Below are positions 1-14,621 of a stretch of DNA of 64,000 nt, in pieces. The notes under the pieces are model-generated. The model was given only the letters and a program-made list of their open reading frames with translations. It ran no database searches and was not told the DNA's origin. The DNA is from Octopus vulgaris. Its lineage: Eukaryota. How positions within the stretch are numbered: the first letter of the stretch is position 1; each line of letters starts with the position of its first letter. The translations under genes were made by a program, and so were the position numbers. The DNA lies in assembly GCA_951406725.2 (NCBI GenBank), contig OX597832.1, positions 48,484,001 through 48,548,000 on the forward strand, in the 5' to 3' direction.

Positions 1-707
1 AGCTGCTTCTTCACACACTATTATTCCATCTAATCTCTAACAATCAATGTTGACGCCATTTTGTCTCGTAATATTCACAAATTAAAAAAGAACAAAAAAA
101 AAAAAGAAAGACGCAGGAGTGAAACTGTAGAAAAAAAGAAAATGTCGGAAAATATCAAACGCAACAAAAAACAGCAACACGTAAATAGAATAAGCGAAAG
201 CAACACAACGAAAGGCAAAGATTGTGTTGAACTGCCATGGTTTCGTGATTAATGTATTTTGTTGTTACAAAATTTTATTGAGATAACATAACTTGTAAAT
301 CTAATTTGAACAAAGTTTTTCAAAATAAAACCCTTGGCAAAAATCAAAAATGGAGAGAGAGAGGGTGAGAGAGAGAGAGAGAGAAGAGTTATGTAGTAAT
401 GTAGATAATGTTACACATTGTAAATCATACAAGTTTACTTTCAATTTCGCTTTTCTGCTTTCTGTCTATCAGTCTTCTGCCTGTCTGTCTGTCTATCTGT
501 TCACCTTTCTCATCCCCTTTCTCACACCTCTCTCCCCTTCTCACCTTTCTCTTCTTTTCTATGTCGTTTTCCTCTCTTCCTTTTCGTTGTCTCGCTCTTA
601 TGTGAATTCAGTTATATGCTAGTAACCATATTGGTACAGTGGCGACTGTCTCACATTCCTAGCTGTTGGGCCGTGCGCTCACATATCTCAATCGATTAAT
701 CAATGTG

Positions 708-792
<85 letters not shown>

Positions 793-794
793 TA

Positions 795-860
795 TAGGCC
801 GCTGGTGGCAAAAGAATTCTACAAAATTTTTTTTTTTTTTTTTTTGCCACCCTATATTGA
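795..860 (+). mobile_element. Orphan terminal hairpin fragment of the 491-nt HHR element, embedded in (TA)n
   Basis: TAGGCCGCTGGTGGCAAAAGAATTCTACAAAAT(T)nGCCACCCTATATTGA matches 46713-46765 apart from T-run length. Confidence 0.85.
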
Positions 861-885
861 TATATATATATATAATATATATATA

Positions 886-936
<51 letters not shown>

Positions 937-951
937 TATATATAAATTTTC

Positions 952-1162
952 AATATGTGACCGCGTGTGTATCGTTGGCGATTTTCTTTCTCCGTCTTCC
1001 TTTCCTTGGAGTTTTCCTTTTTTCTTTTTTTTCTATATTTCTGACGAAGAGCTCCGCTCGAAACGTTAAATCACTTTCCTTTCCTGAGCGTCCAATAACA
1101 CTATACTTGTTCAACGTCCTCGAGTTGTTGTGTTTTCTCTTTGTTGATGTTTGGATTAACTA
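952..1162 (+). mobile_element. ~210-bp non-autonomous PLE pLTR-like unit with minimal hammerhead
   Basis: Second copy with the same ends at 50483-50692 (-); TA-rich flanks; HHR core at 1037-1071. Confidence 0.7.
1037..1071 (+). ncRNA. Minimal type I hammerhead ribozyme motif
   Basis: AUUU-CUGACGA-A-GAGC(UCC)GCUC-GAA-ACGU-U-AAAU: stem I AUUU/AAAU, stem II GAGC/GCUC, palindromic stem III ACGU. Confidence 0.7.
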
Positions 1163-1213
1163 TATATATATTAACTATATATATATATATATATATTAAC
1201 TATATATATAGGA

Positions 1214-1408
1214 GGTTAGGGCAGCGGACTTGCGGTCGGAGGATCGCGGTTTCGATTCCCAGACCGGGCGTTGTGTGTGTTTATTGAGCGAAAAAACACC
1301 TAAAAGCTCCACGAGGCTCCGGCAGGAGGTGGTGATCCCTGCTGTACTCTTTCACCACTCTAAAGGCGGTGCTCCAGCATGGCCGCAGTCAAATGACTGA
1401 AACAAGTA
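1214..1408 (+). mobile_element. Chimeric SINE: family C tRNA-like head fused to family B 3' tail
   Basis: 1214-1358 matches the 5' part of 52778-53160; 1361-1408 TAAAGGCGGTGCTCCAGCATGGCCGCAGTCAAATGACTGAAACAAGTA matches the family B tail. Confidence 0.8.
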
Positions 1409-1410
1409 CA

Positions 1411-1459
<49 letters not shown>

Positions 1460-1814
1460 TTAAAAAACAAAGTAAATTTTATCTGTTTCTCCGTTGGCTG
1501 AGATACAAAAACAAACAAGCAAACAACCGAACAACCTTATTTGATTTTCGAACCGTACTGGGTTCTCATCAAATTCATCTGCATGACTTGACCAATTCCA
1601 GAGAAATAAACAGTCAAATTGTTTATATACGTAGCGTACTGTATACTAATTTTGCTTATAGTGGGGCGAACGTATTGTTTTGGAAAATTAAAGTGCGAAC
1701 ATGGAGGAAAATGGGAGTAGAAGCACTGTCTTAGTAATTGGCTAGGACGGGGCCAAGACGCGAAAACGATCAATAGATAAGAATAGTCTCAGATATATTA
1801 CGATAGCGGATATA

Positions 1815-2226
1815 CTCTTTACTCCTTTACTCTTTTACTTGTTTCAGTCGTTTGACTGCGACCATGCTGGAGCACTGCCTTTAGTCAAGCAAATCGACCA
1901 CAGGACTTATTCTTTGTAAGCATATTACTTATTCTATCAGTCTTCTTTCGCCGAACCGCTAAGTGACGGGGACGTAAACACACCAGCATCGGTTGTCAAG
2001 CGATGTTGGAGGGACAAACACAGACATACAAATATATATACACACTTGCCTATGTATATATACATATTTACGACGGGCTTCTTTCAGTTTCCGTCTACCA
2101 AATCCACTCACAAGGCTTTGGTTGGCCCGAGGCTATAGTAGAAGACACTTGCCCAAGGTGCCACGCAGTGGGACTAAACCCGGTACCATGTAGTTCGTAA
2201 GCAAGCTACTTACCACACAGCCACTC
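1815..2226 (-). mobile_element. SINE family B (tRNA head, CORE-like segment, internal microsatellite, hairpin tail)
   Basis: Minus strand GTGGCTGTGTGGTAAGTAGC...GCGTGGCACCTTGGGCAAGTGTCTT...GACTGAAACAAGTAAAAGAGT; many copies in window. Confidence 0.85.
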
Positions 2227-2739
2227 GAGTCATAGAACGAAACCGGTCACGAATTAGGGTCCTATATTTTAGAGCAGAACTATCGAATGAACCAGAAAAG
2301 GCCAGGGAGATGAGCAGAGTTAGATAGAAAAAAAAAAAAGACATGAATTATGTGAAGCGGGGGTGAGGGCAAACCCACACATAGTCTAGTTATTGTTTAT
2401 AGAACGCTTAAAAAGCTGACGAAGATGAGGGTGACCCAGGGTTAGACATGATGTGTCAAAACGAGAATAAGGTTAGGCATTGTTAGCAAAGAGCAAAAAA
2501 GTGAAGAAGCTGGTTTGAAGATGACATGCAGTGTAGGTGGGCGGGTGGGTTTATGGAGATGTTGGGTCGGGTGGGGGGTGGATGGTGAGTGGGTGGGTGG
2601 GTGGGGTGGATGGTGATGCCATTGGCTTTATCAAGTGTTGTTTTATCACGTGATCAAAAGTCAATTATACGAGTGAAGGGAAGCAGAAAATTACTTGCAA
2701 TGCTGTTAACGGTTATTATTGTTGCAGTTGATGTTGATG

Positions 2740-3309
2740 TAGTTGCAGCTGTATGGCACTTGCTACTGTTGTTGTTGCTGTTGCTGTTGTTATTATTGTT
2801 GCTATAATTGCATTTATTGTTGCTGTTGTTGATCTTCTTCTTCTTCTTCTTCTTCTTCTTCTTCTTCTTCTTTTTCTTCTTCTTCTTCCTCTTCTTCACA
2901 GCAGCAGCAGCAGCAGCAACAGCAACAACAGCAGCAGGAGCACGACGGCGACGACCACGACGACGACGACCACCACCACTATCATCATCATTATCATCAT
3001 CATCATCATCATCATCATCGTCATCATCATCTTCATTATCATCATCATCTTCATCATCATCATCATCATCATCATCATATCATCATCATCATGACCCTCA
3101 TTGCTGCCGCCGCCGCTGTCACCGCTATCATCACCACATCACCACCACCACCACCATCACCATCACCATGACAACCACCGCCACTACCAATGATGAACAT
3201 CATCATCGTCATCACCATCGACGTCATCATCATCATCCTCATCATCACCCTTCCTGCCGCTGTCGCCACCACCATCACCACCACCACCACCACAACCATC
3301 ACCACCACC

Positions 3310-3354
<45 letters not shown>

Positions 3355-3640
3355 TTCGCCATCATCATCTTCATCATCATCCTCATCGCAATCATGTACC
3401 TATTTCCCGAATTTTACTTTACTGTTGATCTGTCTTTTTTTTTTTGTTGCTGTGCTGATGACGTTGTTGTTGGCATTGTTGTTTACACTGTTGCTGTTGA
3501 TTTTGTTGTTGTTTACATTGTTGTTGTTGATATTGCCGATAAAAGCAGAGAAACTATTATTAGCTTCTGTTATTGCTCCCCTTAGAATTATTGCTGTCAT
3601 CCTTGTTATCATCGCCGTCGTCGTATTCGTCATTATTTGT
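2740..3640. repeat. Compound trinucleotide microsatellite/low-complexity block (TTG, TTC, CAG, CAT, CAC)
   Basis: Direct reading. Confidence 0.95.
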
Positions 3641-3896
3641 TGATATTTGTTATTTTAAAATTACTTTCGTTGTTGTCTAACTTCCAAATTAACTTTGATC
3701 TCGAAAACCTTTTTACCAAAGGCATTCCAAACGTGATCATCTCGCCATTTATTGGAATATATTAAGCTAAATTATATAAGGAGTTCTTTGATTATTTTCA
3801 GACGATGAGGTGTGATTTGAAGGAGTTTTGTTATTTGTGGAAGACCAAACGACTAAGTAGAGTCTTTTAACACTGGCTCTTTGCTGTTCTGGATGG

Positions 3897-3945
<49 letters not shown>

Positions 3946-3946
3946 A

Positions 3947-3981
<35 letters not shown>

Positions 3982-4004
3982 GATGAAGATGATGATCTTT
4001 TTGA

Positions 4005-4152
4005 CTATTTTACTCTTTTACTTGTTTTCAGTCATTTTGACTGCCGCCATGCTGGAGCACCACCTTTAGTTCGAGCAAATCGACCCCAGGACTTATTCTT
4101 TGTAAGCCTAGTTCTTATTCTATCGGTTTCTTTTGCCGAACCGCTAAGTTAC

Positions 4153-4191
<39 letters not shown>

Positions 4192-4204
4192 TTATTATTT
4201 GAGG

Positions 4205-4250
<46 letters not shown>

Positions 4251-4378
4251 ACGACGGGCTTCTTTCAGTTTCCGTCTACCAAATCCACTCACAAGGCTTT
4301 GGTCGGCTCAAGGCTATAGTGGAATTGAACCCAGAACCATATGGTTGGTAAGCAAGCTACTTTCCACACAGACACTCC
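4005..4378 (-). mobile_element. SINE family B, internally deleted and interrupted by (TA)n
   Basis: Tail 4005-4153 and head part 4251-4378 match 1815-2226. Confidence 0.8.
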
Positions 4379-4612
4379 AATGATGATGATGATGATGATG
4401 ATGAGAAGGAGGCGGAGGGGATGATGACGATAACGATAACGATGGTGAAGATGATGATGATGATGATGATGATGATGGTGGTGGTGATGAGGTAATGATG
4501 ATAGGATAACGGCAACGAGGAAACTCGAGTGATGATGATGATGGATGGTAACGACGACGAAGACAACGACAACGATGCTTCTGTTGGTGGTGGGAGCAGT
4601 GACAGCGTTGGC

Positions 4613-4678
<66 letters not shown>

Positions 4679-5224
4679 TTTAGTAGTAGTAGTAGTAATG
4701 GTAGTGAGGAGGAGGAGGACGACGACGACGATGATTATCATGTTGACGATGATGTAGAGCGTGCTATTTTTATCGTTTGTCACAGCTCCTTAGGTGATTG
4801 TGGTCAGAGCGATGACATCTTAATTGCTGTTATTATACTTGCTGTCGTTGCAGTTGCCAATGATATTAGCAACAATTCAATTATTGCTTCTGCGGGCGGC
4901 ATTGCATTCCTTGTTGATAGTTTTGCTCTTCCTACAGTTACAGCATCTGCTGTTATCATAACGGCCACCGAAACGCCTCCTTGTTCCGAATGTTGCTGCT
5001 GCTCTCTCTCTGCATTTGTAGCTACTCTTAATGATAAATGGTGTTGCGAAGTTTCTAGTATTTTTTTTTTGTGAAGTCCTAGTTTTGCAGGTGTTGCTAA
5101 CACTTGTTTTCGTCGTTACTGCTGTTATCGTTTTCCCGATTGTTGCTATTATTGTCTTTATACTATTTCCTGTTTCGAAGTCGATAGTGTTGCTACTGTT
5201 CATATAATAATTAATAATATTAAA

Positions 5225-5629
5225 ACCTATTTCTTTACTACCCACAAGGGGATAAACACAGAGAGGACAAACAAGGACAGACAAACGGATTAAATCGATT
5301 ACATCGACCCCAGTAACTGGTACTTATTTCATCGAAAGGATGAAAGGCAAAGTCGACCTCGGTGGAATTTGAACTCAGAACGTAGCGGCAGACGAAATGC
5401 CTATTTCTTTACTACCCACAAGGGGCTAAACATAGAGAGGACAAACAAGGACAGACAAACGGATTAAGTCGATTATATCGACCCTAGTAACTGGCACTTA
5501 TTTAATCAACCCCGAAAGGATGAAAGGCAAAGTTGACCTCGGCGGAATTTGAACTCAGAACGCAGCGGCGGACGAAATACGGTTAAGTATTTCGCCCGGC
5601 GTGCTAACGTTTCTGCCAGCTCGCCGCCT
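5225..5629 (-). mobile_element. SINE family A, dimeric, with ~18-bp TSD
   Basis: Head GGCGGCGAGCTGGCAGAAACGTTAG, B-box GAGTTCAAATTCC, central GTCGACTTTGCCTTTCATCCTTTCGGGGTCGAT (resembles Deu/Nin-type domain, from memory); TATAATAATTAATAATAT at 5203-5220 and 5632-5649. Confidence 0.85.
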
Positions 5630-6282
5630 TTTATAATAATTAATAATATAAAAGTTTCATAGCTGTTGATGTTGCTAACTAGTTACAATTGCTGTTATCG
5701 TTGTTCCTGTTATTGATGTCACAGATTTACATCGTTGCTACTCTGTTGTTGCTACAGTTATTGTGACAGCTGCTGTTATCGATGTTATTGTTGCTAACTA
5801 GCTGCTATTGTGACTGTTGCTATTACTGTCGCCGCAGCTGATATTGCTGAAGCTCAAGTTGCTATTGTCGCTGCCACTGTAGATATTATCGATGCGATTG
5901 TTGCTATTGACGTATATCGCTGTTGTTATTGTCGGCGCCGCTGTTGCAGAGGTTGCTAATATTGCTAATGTCGCTATTGTTGGTGACATTATTGTTGCTA
6001 TTTGCGCTGTCGCGGAGCAGAAACTGCTGCAACAATTCCTGTATTGCTGCAATTAAACTACATGACAATTAAACTACATGCGAGGGCTAATTACCAACTA
6101 TGATGACAGTGATGATGCTAATGATGACACTGACATGAATAAATGATGATGACGACGATGGTGGCGATGGTGATAAGGCTGACACCGATAACGACGTCGA
6201 CGACGATGATGATGACGACGACGACGACGACGTTGATAGGGATAGTGGTGGAGATGGTGGCGGTGGTATATTCAAAAGAATA

Positions 6283-6690
6283 AGGCGACGAGCCGGCAGA
6301 AACGTTAGCACGCCGGCCGGAATGCTTTGCGGTATTTTGGCTGTCGCAACGTTGTGAGTTCAAATTCCGCCGAGGTCGACTTTGCCTTTCATCTTTAAAT
6401 TAAGTACCAGTTACGCACTGGGGTCGATGTAATCGACTTGATACCTATGTCTGTCCTTGTTTGTCCCCTCTATGTTTAGCCCCTTGTTGGTAATAAAGAA
6501 ATGGGTATTTTGGCTGTCGCAACGTTGTGAGTTCAAATTCCACCGAGATCGACTTTGCCTTTCATCCTTTCGGGGTCGATAAATTAAGTACCAGTTACGC
6601 ACTGGGGTCGATGTAAACAACTTAATACCTATGTCTGTCCTTGTTTGTCACCTCTGTGTTTAGCCCCTTGTTGGTAGTAAAGAAATAGGT
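6283..6690 (+). mobile_element. SINE family A, dimeric
   Basis: Two body units; flanked by GGTATATT(C/G)AAAAGAAT direct repeats. Confidence 0.85.
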
Positions 6691-7133
6691 ATATTGAAAA
6701 GAATCTTATATAATACTGGTACTTGTAACACTAACTCCAAAATGATTAAACGCCTTTCCAACAACCTGTCTGTCTGACTATCTGTTCCTCTTTGATTCTG
6801 TCTTTCCTCCCTCTCTGCCATTCTCTCTTTTCCTCCTTTCCTTTCTACTTCTCCTTCTCTCCTTCCCTCTCTCTCTTTTCTCTTCCTTTCTCTTTCTTTC
6901 TCCTCCCTCTATAATTGAGTTTCAACTCAGACTGCAAGTCTAAATATACTTACCTATATCAAACTTGTTTCTACTTCATAAACTGTCTGGAAAGACGAAA
7001 CTTAAACAAATTTTTTATAATGTATACTAAATTGTTGAATATGGCAGCGCGTTGGTTAAGCAGTCACTGTACATTTAGTGTATCTTATTTAAAATACAAA
7101 AGACCGTTAACAAATATAATATACGACTGTTGT

Positions 7134-7147
7134 CTTCTTCTTCCTCT

Positions 7148-7179
<32 letters not shown>

Positions 7180-7187
7180 TTCTTCTT

Positions 7188-7276
<89 letters not shown>

Positions 7277-7285
7277 TTTCTTCTT

Positions 7286-7316
<31 letters not shown>

Positions 7317-7364
7317 TTATTATTATTATTATTATTTTTCTTCTTCTTCTTCTTCTTCTTCTTC

Positions 7365-7397
<33 letters not shown>

Positions 7398-7432
7398 TTA
7401 TTATTTTTCTTCTTCTTCTTCTTCTTCTTCTT

Positions 7433-7463
<31 letters not shown>

Positions 7464-7492
7464 TTATTATTATTTTTCTTCTTCTTCTTCTT

Positions 7493-7523
<31 letters not shown>

Positions 7524-7606
7524 TTATTATTATTATTATTATTATTTTTCTTCTTCTTCTTCTTCTTCTTCTTCTTCTTCTTCTTCTTCTTCTTCTTCTT
7601 CTTCTT
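7134..7606. repeat. Alternating (TTC)n/(TTA)n compound microsatellite
   Basis: Direct reading; repeated TTC-to-TTA switches. Confidence 0.95.
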
Positions 7607-8007
7607 CCAATCAGGACTCACGCCATTAGCCACAAAGAATAGTCTCTAATTCGAGCCTACTCTGAGCTACTAAGAATGCGTGTGGCAACTTGAGGATCCA
7701 CCCACCACACGCGATAGACTGGTGGCTGCACGAGCGCAAAAGCTACGTTGTTATCCTCATTCCGTAAACGGTGGCTTTTAACGGGTGGAGAGCTGAACCA
7801 TCCTGGTGTACAGAGGATTCGCAATCTAGACTAGGGTCTGATAGTTTACCACACCATAGTGGTTTACACCATGGTTCCTCTGCTTTGTGACAGAAGTAGG
7901 AAGAAGTATGAGTCTTGTGGAGCTTAGGTGTTTTTGCCCAATAAACACTCACAATGCCCGGTCTGGGAATCGAAACCGCGTTCTTACGACCACGAGTTCG
8001 CTGCCCT
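7607..8007 (-). mobile_element. SINE family C head followed by a distinct body ending in (GAA)n
   Basis: 7910-8007 matches the family C head; the minus strand runs into the (GAA)n array at 7606. Confidence 0.55.
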
Positions 8008-8892
8008 GTAATGGTGGTAGTGATGTTGGTGGTGATGGTAGTGGAGGCGACGGTGGTAGTGGAGGTGATGGTGGTGGACGAGGTGGTAGTGATGGTGGTG
8101 GAGGTGAGATATTGGAGGGGATGATGTTCATAATGAAGGCAATGGTGGTGGTGGAGGTGATGGTGGTAGTAGCGGTAACGGTGGTGAAGGTGATGGGGGC
8201 GGGGATGGTAAGGATGGAGGTACTGGTGGTGGTGGACGTGATGGTGGTGTTGATGGTGGTGGTGGAGGCGGTGATGGTGGCGGAAGCGATGGTGGTAGTG
8301 GAGGTGATGGTGGTGAGGGAGGTGATGTGGTTGAGGAAGTGGTAGTGATGGTGGTGGAGCTGATGGTAGTGGAGGGGGTGATGTTCGTAGTGAAGGTAAT
8401 GGTGGTTGTGGTGACGTTGATGGTGGAGGTCATGGCGGTGGTAGAGGTGATGGTGTGGTGGAGGTAATGCTAGTGGTGGAGGTGATGCGAGTGATGGAGG
8501 TGATGATGGTGGTGGAGATGATGGTGATAATAGATCTAATGGTGGTACTGAAGGTGATGGTGGTGGAGGGGATGGTGGTGGAGGGGATGGTGGTGGAGGT
8601 GATGGTGGTGGAGGTGAGGGTGTTGGTGGAGGTGATGAAGATATGATTACTGTGACAGTGGTTATGGCGGTAATATTAATATTGTGATTGCAGTGTTGTT
8701 GTTATTGTTGTTGTTGATGTCGGTGGTGTTGGAGGTGGTAGTGGTGACAGTGGTGGTTACAAAATGGCTGACGATTTATTCAGCTCTTGTTTATTGTTTT
8801 GATTCGTTATCATCAAGTGCAGCAGAATAAATGGTTTGGAGACAAGACAGAAATTAACTTTGCCGTCTTCGATTGCCTCCCAATATTGACTA

Positions 8893-8923
<31 letters not shown>

Positions 8924-8945
8924 CATACATACATACATACATACA

Positions 8946-8979
<34 letters not shown>

Positions 8980-9179
8980 CGTACGTACATACATACATAC
9001 ATACATACATACATACATACGTACATACATACATACATACATACATACATACATACATACATACATACGTAGTACTACGTACGTATGTACATACATAAAT
9101 ACGTACGTACACACATGCATATATATTTTTGATATATACAATAGATATCTAAATATTTATGAATATGATATATATATAT

Positions 9180-9284
<105 letters not shown>

Positions 9285-9307
9285 CTATATATACGTATTG
9301 TATAAAT

Positions 9308-9341
<34 letters not shown>

Positions 9342-9410
9342 TATTGTGTGTATATGTATATATATATATATATATATATACATATATACATATATACATA
9401 TATATATATA

Positions 9411-9454
<44 letters not shown>

Positions 9455-9616
9455 CATATATATATATATACATATATATATACACACACACGCGCACACA
9501 CATAAAAATATTTATTCTTCTACTTCAGTAGACGCCACTTTACTAGATTATTTTAATTTAGTTGGCTGTTGGTGATGGTGACGTTGGTGAGTCGATGTCA
9601 GTGGAGGCGATGACAA

Positions 9617-9669
<53 letters not shown>

Positions 9670-9902
9670 TATATATGAATGTATGTATATATTTATATAT
9701 AGAAAGGGAGAGAGGGAGAGAGAGAGATAACGGCAAGTGCACAAACTGTAACCAGACAGTTTTTTTGACGTAGACAGAGCAGGATGCAATATCGCGGTCT
9801 CCACGTCGGTCTGCGATTAAGTGTGTTGTTTATGTAACAACGACAACACTAACAACAATATCATCATAGCCAATAACAACAACAGCAACAACAAGAATAC
9901 TG

Positions 9903-9944
<42 letters not shown>

Positions 9945-10159
9945 ATAGTAGTGGTCTGGATAAAGACTGTATATTGCGTTGGCATCAAGACAGATTTCTA
10001 GAGAAGTGGCGATGGAAAAAGATTTCACCATTTAATTCCTTTCTCAAGAGCATTAGTTGTGTAAATAAAGTTCATAAGGGTCTTTATTCGCTGTCAAAAA
10101 ATAATAGCAACGATGACAAAAACAATACATTAAGTGACAGTGATTTCTGACATAGTAAT

Positions 10160-11298
<1,139 letters not shown>

Positions 11299-11701
11299 TT
11301 TCCAAAGTTATTTTCCAAAAAAATTGTCTGGATTTATTATCATCATCATCATCCTTGTCCAACGTTTGATTCTTCGTGCTGGTATGGATTGGAAAATCTG
11401 GATGTAAGATTGTTGCTATTTATGTATATGTACATATGTATAGTACTGTGTATGCGTGTGTGTTTAATACAAAATTACAGTTGTATAACCTTAACCAGTT
11501 GAACGTGACCCTTAGTGGCTGGCGATATGAGTGTTTTCGTATATTTTACCCCAGTGTCATCCTGATGGCATGCGCTAGTCTCTTAATAATAATAATAATA
11601 ATATTAATAATAATGATGATGATGATGATGATGATAACAATAATAATAATAATAATAATAATAATATTAATAATAATAATAATAATAATAATAATGATAA
11701 T

Positions 11702-11786
<85 letters not shown>

Positions 11787-11799
11787 GTAGACATAATAA

Positions 11800-11963
11800 G
11801 CTGATGTCTACCAGAAACACACGCACCAATGGTTACGAAGCTCAGGGCTAAAAGCAGAGAGTGAAGGTTTCATATTAGCTGCTCAAGACCAAAGTTTACA
11901 AACACGGAACTGCCAAGCCTATGTGATAAAAAAAATGGAACTGACCCAAAATGCCGATTCTGT
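11800..11963 (+). mobile_element. R4/Dong-type (restriction-like endonuclease) non-LTR retrotransposon fragment
   Basis: Translates ADVYQKHTHQWLRSSGLKAESEGFILAAQDQSLQTRNCQAYVIK, then a frameshift, then NGTDPKCRFC: the WL..LK.E.EG.I.AAQDQ.L.TR...CR.C pre-zinc-knuckle signature; abuts (TAA)n. Confidence 0.75.
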
Positions 11964-12217
11964 ATATTTAGACTTGCCGTCTGAGTTAAAACTCAATGCT
12001 TTGTGTAGGTCCATTGCACTTAAACATCTTTGGCACAGAAACTCACTGGGACAGAAAGCACTTTCAAATGTTAAATTTTTATTTTATTTTAATTCACATA
12101 AAAAAACCTTTTTTCTTTTGCTTACAAAATGTAATTGATTTGATCATCAAATAAAAAAAAACACATCTGAAACAGCTGTAGTGAACCTCAGCCTATCTGT
12201 GTTATTATTCACACACA

Positions 12218-12286
<69 letters not shown>

Positions 12287-12290
12287 GCAA

Positions 12291-12378
<88 letters not shown>

Positions 12379-12435
12379 GCACGCACACACGCACACACAT
12401 ACACACACACACACTCACGCACGCACACACTCACG

Positions 12436-12465
<30 letters not shown>

Positions 12466-12467
<2 letters not shown>

Positions 12468-13119
12468 GGGTGATTGATTTAAAAGTAATTCCTTATTTAA
12501 AAATAATTTTAAATTATTCATTAATCGTAATTTTTACAAAAGAAAATGGATATGAGAGGAAAGCTTTTGGTACGTGGTCTTATTAAGAACTCGATATGGC
12601 CTCCAGATTTTGCCACCAGCTTCTTCAGCCGCCAAGGAATTGTGTTAACTGTTTTCGTCAGGAACTCTTGTGGGATGGATGACATAACTTCTCGTATTCG
12701 CCCGTCAAGTTCTTCCAAAGTCTTTGGTTCGGTGCAGTAGACTTGCTCCTTTAACCAACCCCAGAGAAAAAAGTCACCGGGTGTTAAGTCAGGTCTCCTA
12801 GCCAGTCACTCACCCGGATCCCGACGCCCCATCCATCTCCCGGGGAAGTGGGCATTTAGCCATTCACAGACGACAAGAGCAATACGATTACAGATTAAAT
12901 ACTAATACTTAAAAAAAACCCCCAAAAATTTGATAAAAAATTATACTCTTTTACTGGAGCACCGCCTTTAGTCGAGCAAATCGACCCCCCAGGACTTATT
13001 CTTTGTAAGCCTAGTATTTATTATATCGTGCTCTTTTGCCGAACCGCTAAGTTACGGGGACGTAAACACACCACCATCGGTTGTCAAGCGATATTGTGGG
13101 GACAAACACAGACACACAA

Positions 13120-13154
<35 letters not shown>

Positions 13155-13426
13155 CACATATATACGATGGGCTTCTTTCAGTTTCCGTCTACCAAATCCA
13201 CTCACAAGGCTTTGGTCGGCCCGAGGCTATAGTAGAAGACACTCGCCCAAGGTACCACGCAGTGGGACTGAACCCGGAACCATGTGGTTGATAAGCAAGC
13301 TACTTACCACACAGCCACTCCTGCGCCTATTATAATTAATAAAAATTTCAATAAATAATTTAATAAATATTTTTAATAAATATTTATAAGCATTTTAAAA
13401 TAGGGTGTTGCTTTTCAATCACCCTG
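12466..13426 (-). mobile_element. Internally deleted Tc1/mariner-superfamily DNA transposon with nested SINE
   Basis: TIRs CAGGGTGATTGA (12466) / TCAATCACCCTG (ends 13426); minus strand encodes RRPDLTPGDFFLWGWLKEQVYCTEPKTLEELDGRIREVMSSIP...RLKKLVAKSGGHIE, a transposase C-terminus. Confidence 0.85.
12945..13329 (-). mobile_element. SINE family B inserted in the Tc1/mariner element
   Basis: Matches 1815-2226. Confidence 0.85.
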
Positions 13427-14251
13427 TGTATATGCATAAACAAGCACATATATACGCACACGTATACACCCATACATATGCACATACATAAACGCCTATT
13501 TGTATTGGAAATAAAATAAAATGTAGATTAAAACATTTTCGTATCTTTCCCCAACGATTTGGGACTTATCTTATTCTGCAAATTATCAGCTTTTCCTCAT
13601 TACACAATAAAGATGTGATACAACTGGTAAGTACAGTCAGGAGACGAAGTGTCTGGGATATTTAACATAAAGATATTTGATATATCTTCCTCAGAGTTTT
13701 GCATGGTGTTGCTCTGGAAACCGAGGTTTCTTACTTTTGTTGTTCTTTATTATTTTCATTTTCCTTGTTTTCACTTAGTTTTTCCAGTTTATCTGCGCAT
13801 TGGACTCTAACGTGTGTTTTACTCCGACAGATCCAGCTTCGTTTGCTTCCCTGCATCATCCTTCTTACGTCATTTATCGCTGCGCTTTTTTTTCCCCTCC
13901 TTTCACGGCTCCGGTGTTGCTCTCTGAACTTTGGAGTCAGTAGATCTCGGTAATCAACCTCTCTCAAACACAAGTCACCATGTTTTTTAAGCTCTACATT
14001 GACTACTCTCTTATGCTGTCAGAAAAGGTCGTTGCTGGTCGGCCGTGAGCTGACATCGTGTTCGAGGTCTCATATTGTGGTTCATATGCTTCTTTCGCCT
14101 TGGGACTGGGGCACAATTTTTAGTGGTGACGGGGGTGGTGGTGGAGTGTGTGTTAACATTTCAGAGAACGAAGAGATTCTCTTATGACCTTTGCAGCGCC
14201 ACCACCACCACCACCACCACCACCACCACCACCACCACCACCACTACCATT

Positions 14252-14304
<53 letters not shown>

Positions 14305-14481
14305 TATTCTCCCCACTATAACCACCACCACCACCATCACCATCACCATCGTCAAATAGTGTTGCTGCTACTGCTTCTCCTGTACCTTCTCCTGCTCCTC
14401 CACCTCCTGCCCGTCCTCCTCCTACTCCGACTCCTGCCATTCTTCCTGTCTCTCTTCCCTTACTTCTTTTCCGAACCCCCA

Positions 14482-14527
<46 letters not shown>

Positions 14528-14621
14528 GTAGTAGTAGTAGTAGTAGTATTACTACTACTACTTGTAACAAAAAATAAAATCTAGCAAATCATCTCATTAA
14601 TGAACGTCAAAATAGAAATAT

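Noticed and set aside
2536-2613. G-tract cluster with G-quadruplex potential
   Set aside because: A degenerate (GGGT)n microsatellite with no functional context.
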